Source: Dehalococcoidia bacterium
GTDB lineage: Bacteria; Chloroflexota; Dehalococcoidia; Lucifugimonadales; Lucifugimonadaceae
DNA: 64,000 bases
Assembly (NCBI GenBank): GCA_040264655.1
Contig: JBDQHW010000011.1
Span: forward strand, 5,506 to 69,505
Direction of reading: 5' to 3'
Made by a program: the position numbers and the translations under genes. A model generated the notes under the pieces. That model had not been told where the DNA came from. It made no database searches and saw only the letters and a program-made list of their open reading frames with translations. Each line of letters begins with the position of its first letter. Positions within the stretch are counted from its first letter, which is position 1. This document shows, piece by piece, positions 57,245 to 64,000 of this stretch.

Positions 57245-58207
57245 CTATTCAGGTTTGACGATGCTATCGGGCGTGCCGCCTTCCCAAACCTTCTTCATGT
57301 TTTCGAAGGCAAATCGTACTCTTCTTGGATAGCTTTCGTAACTCTTACCGGCGATGTGCGGTGCAACTACGACGTTATCTCGTTTGAGCAACGGGTTGTT
57401 CGGGTCGACCGGTTCTTGCTCAAATACGTCGAGTCCTGCTCCCCATATTTCGCCATCTTCAAGAGCTTGTTCAAGTGCGACTTCATCGACCACTGGACCA
57501 CGACAGGTATTGATCAGTGTTGCAGTCTTTTTCATGAGTCGCAGTTCGCGTTCGCCGATCAAGGCATGGGTGCTGTGATCGAGCGGTGTGTGCAACGTGA
57601 CGATATCGGAACGTTCAAGAAGTTCGTCTAGTTCTACTCTCGTTGCCCCATAGCTCTCTGCCTTTTCGCTTCGTACCTTGTCTGTGTACAAAGTCGTTGT
57701 ATCGAACCCACGCAGCATCATGGCGACGTTGCTACCGATCTTGCCTGCCCCAACGATTCCTACAGTGGCACCGAATAATTCGTGTGAGTCACGCCCGTCC
57801 ACTTCAGGGCGCATCCAATCGCCAGCCTTTGTGTCCATGTTGGAGACAGAAAGATGACGGAGTGTTGAGAGTGCGAGCGTGATGGCGAACTCGGCAACGG
57901 GTATTGCGTTTGCTCCACCGTTGTTAGAAACCGGAATGCCCATCTCGCCAGCAAGTCCAAGATTTACACCATCAAACCCCGCCGAGCAAAGCTGGACTAG
58001 TTTGGTTTTTTCAGCAAGACGAAGCACATCGTCAGATACACCGTGTCCAAAAACCAAGATGAAATCGGCAAGTTCTGCAGCTTCAGCGACCTCGGCTTCC
58101 GACGATTCACTCGTTCGAATGTGAAGGTTCCAGTCGTCGGGTTTCATTTCGTTCGCCATGTCTAACAAGGGCAGGGCGGGACCGGAAAATACGAGCACTT
58201 CAGGCAT
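57245..58207 (-). CDS. D-isomer-specific 2-hydroxyacid dehydrogenase
   Basis: 'GAGKIG', 'NTCRG', 'DVFEQEP', 'PHIAG'. Confidence 0.92.
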   Translation of the reverse strand: MPEVLVFSGPALPLLDMANEMKPDDWNLHIRTSESSEAEVAEAAELADFILVFGHGVSDDVLRLAEKTKLVQLCSAGFDGVNLGLAGEMGIPVSNNGGANAIPVAEFAITLALSTLRHLSVSNMDTKAGDWMRPEVDGRDSHELFGATVGIVGAGKIGSNVAMMLRGFDTTTLYTDKVRSEKAESYGATRVELDELLERSDIVTLHTPLDHSTHALIGERELRLMKKTATLINTCRGPVVDEVALEQALEDGEIWGAGLDVFEQEPVDPNNPLLKRDNVVVAPHIAGKSYESYPRRVRFAFENMKKVWEGGTPDSIVKPE

Positions 58208-58376
58208 GTTAATTATTTCTCATTTAGAGCGAACTACGGGATGTATCTAGGCGAACTCGGGCATTGTAGAACTTCAAACGATGCTAGGGCGGAGCGATTT
58301 CGATTGTTAGCACGTATGCTTCAGATTCGATCCCAACGTTGGATTGTTAAATACTTAGCTTTTCCGGTAACGACAC

Positions 58377-59543
58377 ATGAACCCTGGCACCGATCTTGGC
58401 TCTCTCGAAATCGCTGCGATTGAAATACTTTCCGAGTTAGGAAAGTTCAATGCCACATCATTTTGGGAAGACGGACCAGCAGACTACATTGCTAGTCACG
58501 CCGCCAAAGCTGGTCTTGGTGTTTCGATCGACGAGTGGGGCAACGTACTCGTTTTGAAATCCGGAACCGAGCCAGATGCTCCAGGAATAGCGTTCGTCGC
58601 ACACACCGACCACCCGGGCTATGAAGTTGTCTCCCAGGACGAACGCCAATTAACTCTGAAAACGCTTGGGGGAGTTGGGATAGCCGCTGGAAGAAACGGT
58701 GCGCAGATCTGGGTGATCGGCTCGGACGGTGAACGACTTGCGGCAACAATAACGGGAGCCGAAGCAGCGACAAGTAAGTTCGCGAAGTCGCGAGAAACTG
58801 ATGGCTGGCTTGGAACTGATACTGTTTTCGCTGAATTGGAAAGCGAAATATCACTTGGTGAGCTTCCGTTGCCTGCGGTGCCAAACTTGCCAGACTTCGA
58901 ACTCGAAGATGGAATGATCCACATGCGCGCTGCCGACGATCTCGCAGGGTGCGCCGCAATCCTGACTGCACTCGAATCCCTTATTTCTACTGAAACACAA
59001 GGTGATGTTTATGGGCTGTTTACTCGATCCGAAGAGGTAGGCCTAGTCGGTGCTCGTATGGCGGCGGAGAACGAACTGCTCCCGAAAAACACGATAATCG
59101 TCTCGGTTGAAACAAGTTCAGTTTTGCCAGGAGCCGAGATAGGTGAAGGCGTTGTGATTCGCACCGGTGATCGTGCGGCGACCTTCGACTACGAAGCAGA
59201 GGCGTATCTGGGTGAAGCTGCCCAGAAGATTAAATCTGCAAACCCTGACTTTAAAGTCCAGAGACAGCTTATGAATGCCGGAGGATGTGAGGCATCAGCA
59301 TTCAAAGCGTTCGGATACGAAGTCACCGGCACGGCATTTCCCCTCGGTGCTTGGCACAACCGAGGTGAGTCTGGGGTCGAACCAGAATTCATTTCCAAAG
59401 ATGATTTCGTAGGTGGGACGATCTTGATCGCCGAAGCTGCGAAACTTGCAGGTACAAGCCCGGCTGGCGTACTTGGGAGATTGACAAACTCACCCACCGA
59501 AGAGGCTGACAGATTGAAGGCGCTTCGAGGTGACCGCTCTTAG
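58377..59543 (+). CDS. M42/M28-family metallopeptidase-like protein
   Basis: 'D.WGN', 'AHTDHPG', 'AADDLAG', 'SEEVG..GA', 'GGCEA', 'WHN'. Confidence 0.85.
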   Translation: MNPGTDLGSLEIAAIEILSELGKFNATSFWEDGPADYIASHAAKAGLGVSIDEWGNVLVLKSGTEPDAPGIAFVAHTDHPGYEVVSQDERQLTLKTLGGVGIAAGRNGAQIWVIGSDGERLAATITGAEAATSKFAKSRETDGWLGTDTVFAELESEISLGELPLPAVPNLPDFELEDGMIHMRAADDLAGCAAILTALESLISTETQGDVYGLFTRSEEVGLVGARMAAENELLPKNTIIVSVETSSVLPGAEIGEGVVIRTGDRAATFDYEAEAYLGEAAQKIKSANPDFKVQRQLMNAGGCEASAFKAFGYEVTGTAFPLGAWHNRGESGVEPEFISKDDFVGGTILIAEAAKLAGTSPAGVLGRLTNSPTEEADRLKALRGDRS

Positions 59544-59636
59544 AACCCAATTAACTGGCGTGTAGGGGGTATTCTATTTCGGCGAATAATTCAAACTTTC
59601 GTTCCGAATCAATCAAGAGAGTTATTGAGAGTAAAC

Positions 59637-61268
59637 ATGGAAGTAGATGGCAGTTACCTTCTGGCACGCACGCTCAAAGAAGAAGGGGTCGAACACCTCT
59701 TCTATTTGATGGGTGGCCCTAACTACGAGATCATCAACAACTCTGAAGATCTTGGAATAAAGGCGATCGACTTTCGTCACGAGCAAGCCGCATCGATGGC
59801 TGCTCATGGCTATGCCCGGGTCACAGGTAAACCTGGTGTGACTACTGCCGCATCGGGTCCTGGAACTCTCAATTTGCTCACTGGGCAGTACACCGCATGG
59901 GTGGATGGCGCCCCGATGATCACCTTAGGTGGCGCCGGTCCCATCGAGGATTTTGGCAGGGACGGGTTTCAGGAAGTCGATCAAGTCGGCATCTTTGAAC
60001 CGATCTCCAAAGCTGTGATGCGTCCTACTGACCCAGCTCGGTACCCGGAACATATCTCGACAGCGTTTCGACTTGCTACAACTGGGCGACCTGGTCCTGT
60101 CTACGTAGATTGCAACGAAGATGTTCTTTACGGCAAGGTCGAGGAATCTGCAGCAGTTGCACCGACTCGCCCAGCGAGTAAACCTCGTCCGGCTGGTGAC
60201 CCCGACATGATCAGGCAAGCAGTGGAAATGCTGTCTGAGGCGAGTAGTCCAATGGTCTTCGCCGGTGGCGGAGTCTGGTGGTCACAGGCATATGACGAAC
60301 TCCGGCAGCTAGTCGAACGAATGGGTATCCCGTTCTACACATCTCCAATGTCAAGAGGTCTACTGCCTGATGATCACGAGATGTCATTTCCAGCCGCACG
60401 CTCAGGTGCATTTAGACAAGCCGACGTCGTATTGGTTGTCGGAACCCGAATGAACTGGATGATGACGTTCGGAAAACGCATTGCTGCGGAGTCCAAAGTT
60501 ATCCAAATTGATATTCACGGTGCTGAACTCGGACACAATCGATCAGTTGATATCGGGATCGAGGGTGACGCCAAAACGGTTTTGCAACAGATGATCGACG
60601 AAGCTGACCGCACCGGATTCGAGTCCAAAGCTAGTTCAAAATGGATCGAAACTCTTCGGGAGGCTGATCTGGCGCGCCGAGAACGGGTTGCGCCTTTGGA
60701 GAACTCAGATCAGCAACCAATTCACCCGCTCCGACTCTGCAAAGAGCTTCGAGAGGTTATGGATCGAGACTCGATCTTGGCAGTCGACGGGAACGAAATT
60801 CTTCACTTTGGAAGACAGTCGATGCCGACCTATGTTCCAGGTCACCGCCTCAACTCGGGTCCATCTGGGTGCATGGGTGTTGGTTTGCCTTACGCACTAG
60901 GAGCCAAGATCGCCAAGCCAGACAAGCAAGTGGTCGCTCTCCATGGCGATGGCTCGCTTGGCATGAACATTCAGGATTTCGATACCGCCGTTCGCCACAA
61001 CCTGCCAATCGTTATCGTTGTATCGAATAACGAGGGTTGGACAGCGCGAGTTGAGGGCATACGGAAACCTGGGCGTGAGCTTGGATTTACCCGCTTCGAT
61101 AAAGTCGCCGAAGCCCTCGGTGGTCACGGTGAGCTTGTCGAAGATCCTAAAGATTTACAGCCAGCTCTCGAGAGAGCTTTCGATGCTGGAGTTCCTGCAA
61201 TCGTCAACGTTCGTACCGATCCCACAGCTCGAGCACTATCTCGTTTCGTCGGGTCGAAAATGGAGTAA
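59637..61268 (+). CDS. Thiamine pyrophosphate-dependent enzyme (2-hydroxyacyl-CoA lyase/oxalyl-CoA decarboxylase-like)
   Basis: 'RHEQAA', 'GPG..N', 'FQE.DQ', 'GRPGPVY', 'G.MGVGL', ThDP motif 'GDGS...NN'. Confidence 0.88.
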   Translation: MEVDGSYLLARTLKEEGVEHLFYLMGGPNYEIINNSEDLGIKAIDFRHEQAASMAAHGYARVTGKPGVTTAASGPGTLNLLTGQYTAWVDGAPMITLGGAGPIEDFGRDGFQEVDQVGIFEPISKAVMRPTDPARYPEHISTAFRLATTGRPGPVYVDCNEDVLYGKVEESAAVAPTRPASKPRPAGDPDMIRQAVEMLSEASSPMVFAGGGVWWSQAYDELRQLVERMGIPFYTSPMSRGLLPDDHEMSFPAARSGAFRQADVVLVVGTRMNWMMTFGKRIAAESKVIQIDIHGAELGHNRSVDIGIEGDAKTVLQQMIDEADRTGFESKASSKWIETLREADLARRERVAPLENSDQQPIHPLRLCKELREVMDRDSILAVDGNEILHFGRQSMPTYVPGHRLNSGPSGCMGVGLPYALGAKIAKPDKQVVALHGDGSLGMNIQDFDTAVRHNLPIVIVVSNNEGWTARVEGIRKPGRELGFTRFDKVAEALGGHGELVEDPKDLQPALERAFDAGVPAIVNVRTDPTARALSRFVGSKME

Positions 61269-61331
61269 GCAGAAATTCACTTCGTTGGAACGTGTGAATT
61301 TCAAATAGGTGTCATCTGGAAGGAAAACAAA

Positions 61332-61637
61332 GTGCCGTACTACCTGATGCTTTCAAAACTGACAGAGCGCGGACGTGATCGGATCAAGCACGATCCTGAT
61401 CGGATCACTCAGGTCAATCTCGAAATCGAGGAACAGGGCTGCAGCGTGGTTTCGCAATACGCCCTGCTTGGTCGCTACGACTTCGCAACTCTCATCGAAG
61501 CCCCCGATAACGCTCACATGAGCCGCCTGGCGGTCGATCTTGGGGCACGTGGAACCATCGAAACCGAAACGCTTCCCGCTGAGCCAACCGAACTGTTCAT
61601 CGATGCAATGAAGGGTGAAAGCTCCGCATCGAGCTAA
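61332..61637 (+). CDS. GYD domain protein
   Basis: 'LLGRYD', 'EAPD', 'TETLPA'. Confidence 0.88.
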   Translation: MPYYLMLSKLTERGRDRIKHDPDRITQVNLEIEEQGCSVVSQYALLGRYDFATLIEAPDNAHMSRLAVDLGARGTIETETLPAEPTELFIDAMKGESSASS

Positions 61638-61709
61638 CCGTTCGGCTGTCGATGCCCTTAGAATCTCGCTACCCACTTTGCGTGGAACAAGATTTTGAGG
61701 GTAGGGACA

Positions 61710-63164
61710 ATGACTTCAGCGAACACAGATCGAGAGCTCGGTTTTACGCCTACTTATAGGCTTCGCGAAATGATCGAGTCGAAAGAGATTTCACCGACTG
61801 AACTGACCGATTCCCACCTAAGACGCGCAGACGAGTTAGATCCAAAGCTCGGAATATTCATCACTCGGATATCCGATATGGCGATGGATGCCGCCCGCAA
61901 CGCCGAAGCTGCAGTGATGCGTGGCGATGAGCTAGGCCCATTGCATGGAGTTCCGGTCCCTTACAAAGACACCGAACCCATGAAAGGCGTGATCTGGACT
62001 CACGGCTCATTGACCTACAAAGACAACGTAGCTGATGTCGATTCGATTCCTGTTTCAAGAATCAAGGCCGCCGGTGGGATTATCACCGGAAAGACCAACA
62101 CGCCCGAAAACGGCTTCGCAGGTACAACTGAAAACCGGCTCGGACCACCCGCTCGCAATCCTTGGAATCCTGACAAAACACCCGGTGGGTCTTCCGGTGG
62201 AGCTTCCGCAGCCGTGGCATCAGGGTTAACCAGTTTCGCCCCTGGTGGTGACGGTGGTGGTTCGATCCGAATACCTGCGGCGTTCTCAGGTGTGTACGGG
62301 ATTAAAGCGACTCAGGGTAGGGTGGCGCGTGCGGCGAGTCCGACTCGCAATGCGGGTCACAACATAATGAACAACGCTACCTCTGGACCGCTCACTCGAA
62401 CGGTTCGTGACGCTGCGGAAACATTGGCTATTTTCTCTGGTCATGATCCGCGCGCCGAGTACGACAATATCTCCGACGCTGTTCCTGATTACGTTGGAGC
62501 GCTGACCAAGGGCGTAAATGGAATGAAGATTGGATGGTCGCCAGATATGGCCGGGAATCCGGTCGATCCTGAAGTTGTCCAAGTAACGGAGAATGCCGCA
62601 AAAGTTTTTGAGGAACTTGGTGCGACCGTTGAAACAGTCGATTTCAACCCATCGGATTATGAAGATGTGTTTTGGACGTTCTTCGACTACTTCACAGTAA
62701 AAGGACTGGATGCTTCACGCGAAGATTTCGACAATCACAGAGAAGATATGACGGAATACTTCGGTGAGTATATGGATCGTGCAGACACGCTTTCAGCCGA
62801 ACGAATGTGGAACATTTTCAGCAATATCGGTGCGTATCGAAAATACGTGAATGAATACTTTGGGAAGTACGATTTGCTGCTCTCGCCAAGTTTGGCTGTC
62901 CCTGCCTTTGATATCGGTGATGAGCCCGATGTGATTGGTGGAAAGCAAGTCCCGCACCGACTCTGGGGATTCACACCGTTCACCTACCTGTTCAACCTCA
63001 CTGGAAATCCGGGGGCGTCGGCTCCGGCAGGTTTCTCGTCTGAAGGATTACCCATTGGTTTGCAGATAGTGGGTGACATGCAGGATGAGGTTTCCGTGTT
63101 AGCTGCCTCTGCAGCCTTTGAGGAAGCCCGTCCTTGGGCAGATAAAAGGCCTCCCGTGAGTTAA
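61710..63164 (+). CDS. Amidase signature family enzyme (GatA-like)
   Basis: 'GPLHGVPV..KD', 'GKTNTPE', 'GGSSGG', 'DGGGSIRIPA'. No gatB or gatC adjacent. Confidence 0.92.
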   Translation: MTSANTDRELGFTPTYRLREMIESKEISPTELTDSHLRRADELDPKLGIFITRISDMAMDAARNAEAAVMRGDELGPLHGVPVPYKDTEPMKGVIWTHGSLTYKDNVADVDSIPVSRIKAAGGIITGKTNTPENGFAGTTENRLGPPARNPWNPDKTPGGSSGGASAAVASGLTSFAPGGDGGGSIRIPAAFSGVYGIKATQGRVARAASPTRNAGHNIMNNATSGPLTRTVRDAAETLAIFSGHDPRAEYDNISDAVPDYVGALTKGVNGMKIGWSPDMAGNPVDPEVVQVTENAAKVFEELGATVETVDFNPSDYEDVFWTFFDYFTVKGLDASREDFDNHREDMTEYFGEYMDRADTLSAERMWNIFSNIGAYRKYVNEYFGKYDLLLSPSLAVPAFDIGDEPDVIGGKQVPHRLWGFTPFTYLFNLTGNPGASAPAGFSSEGLPIGLQIVGDMQDEVSVLAASAAFEEARPWADKRPPVS

Positions 63165-63279
63165 AATTACGGGCATGGCGGAATCTGGTTCAGGTACCGC
63201 AAATTGTCACAATGGCTTGTTTATGCGGTAGTGAGAAACTGTCGCATTGGGCTGGCGAGCTCCGTTGGAGTGCCTAAAC

Positions 63280-63813
63280 ATGCGTGTGAGCCATCTGACC
63301 CGGCTAGCCCCTGTCCTGAGTGTCTTGGTGGTCGTTTCGCTACTCTCTGCTTGCGGAGGTGAATCTGACACCGCCCCGGAAACGGTCGTTCCTTCACCGA
63401 TTGTCTCGACTTCGGCTCCGATCGTGGACCCAACCGAACTTCCGCCGACACCGGAACCGACCGCTGAACCTCCGGCGACAACCGAACCGCCAACCACTGC
63501 AACAACCGTGGTGGATTCTGATCAGCCATCTGCATCAGAACCGTTGGTGGCACCTGAATTGGGATTGCAAACTGCGGGATCAACGATAACTATCGCCGGT
63601 AACGACATTCGTCTTTCAGACGATATATGGATAAAGGATTGGACCGCTGAACCACCGTGTGACAGCGGGCGTCGGTGCCCGGCGGCCCCTTATTGGACGT
63701 TGCAAAACGAAGATGCGCTGATCTACATCGATGGCAATGGCAAAGTCTGGGACGAACTTGTTGGTTGCGGTGATCCCGCACCGTTCGAACTAATAAAGAA
63801 TGCTCTCAAGTAG
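63280..63813 (+). CDS. Hypothetical lipoprotein with Pro/Thr-rich linker
   Basis: Lipobox 'LSAC', PT-rich stalk, small Cys-containing C-domain. Confidence 0.7.
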   Translation: MRVSHLTRLAPVLSVLVVVSLLSACGGESDTAPETVVPSPIVSTSAPIVDPTELPPTPEPTAEPPATTEPPTTATTVVDSDQPSASEPLVAPELGLQTAGSTITIAGNDIRLSDDIWIKDWTAEPPCDSGRRCPAAPYWTLQNEDALIYIDGNGKVWDELVGCGDPAPFELIKNALK

Positions 63814-63849
63814 TGGTCTGAATCGTGCTGCGCCCTACCGACGTGATTT

Positions 63850-63999
63850 CTATGCACGACCTATGTTGATCCCGCCACTGATTGTACGAGCTTCGATTTT
63901 TAGATCGACAGAATCTGGTTGACTCTCTGAGGTATCGAGGTCAGTCGAAATGTTGCCAGACTGAGAATCAAGATCGAGCCAAATTCCGGTGTCAGAAAC
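63850..63999 (-). CDS. 3' end of a DUF4097-like (beta-strand repeat) protein, runs off window end
   Basis: Manual translation: VSDTGIWLDLDSQSGNISTDLDTSESQPDSVDLKIEARTISGGINIGRA*. The 'T.SG.I' repeats are typical of DUF4097 C-termini. Confidence 0.6.
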   Translation of the reverse strand, partial: VSDTGIWLDLDSQSGNISTDLDTSESQPDSVDLKIEARTISGGINIGRA

Positions 64000-64000
64000 T

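Noticed and set aside
61710-63164. Amidase as gatA
   Set aside because: No gatC or gatB adjacent, and the sequence resembles generic catabolic amidases.
1-64000. CRISPR arrays, tRNA/rRNA, transposases, integrases, prophage or defence systems
   Set aside because: No repeat-spacer arrays, cloverleaf or rRNA signatures, or mobile-element proteins seen by eye. tRNAscan-SE and Infernal would be needed to exclude small RNAs.

Overview
This is a 64-kb, gene-dense bacterial chromosomal segment with about 55 CDS. I found no rRNA, tRNA, CRISPR array, prophage or IS element. The gene content points to Chloroflexota, class Dehalococcoidia, probably marine SAR202-like (inference). The supporting features are a dcw cluster reduced to mraZ-rsmH-ftsA-ftsZ, nrdR-nrdJ, selB, and many catabolic paralogues: an enolase-superfamily enzyme, a UxuA-like dehydratase, three tandem D-2-hydroxyacid dehydrogenases, a ThDP enzyme, amidases, M81 and CehA/McbA hydrolases. 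Housekeeping genes include birA, yggU, yggT, proC, pdxA, mogA, trmD, rplS, priA, def, secDF, nfo, hemW, ychF, holA and uppP. The best candidate for an undescribed system is at the left edge (1-4600). A GH3-family acyl-amido synthetase lies 15 bp from a 7TM-receptor gene that the ORF track misses. Next to them are an OmpR-family regulator and a divergent secreted protein. Both intergenic regions flanking the regulator carry the same 11-bp-period direct repeat (AAGGTGTG-like), which suggests an autoregulated signal-synthesis and sensing circuit. Other leads are a tandem pair of coiled-coil proteins with histone-like tails, a highly structured secDF leader, a His/acid-rich tail on peptide deformylase, candidate MraZ and NrdR operators, and a possible gene-conversion patch between dehydrogenase paralogues.
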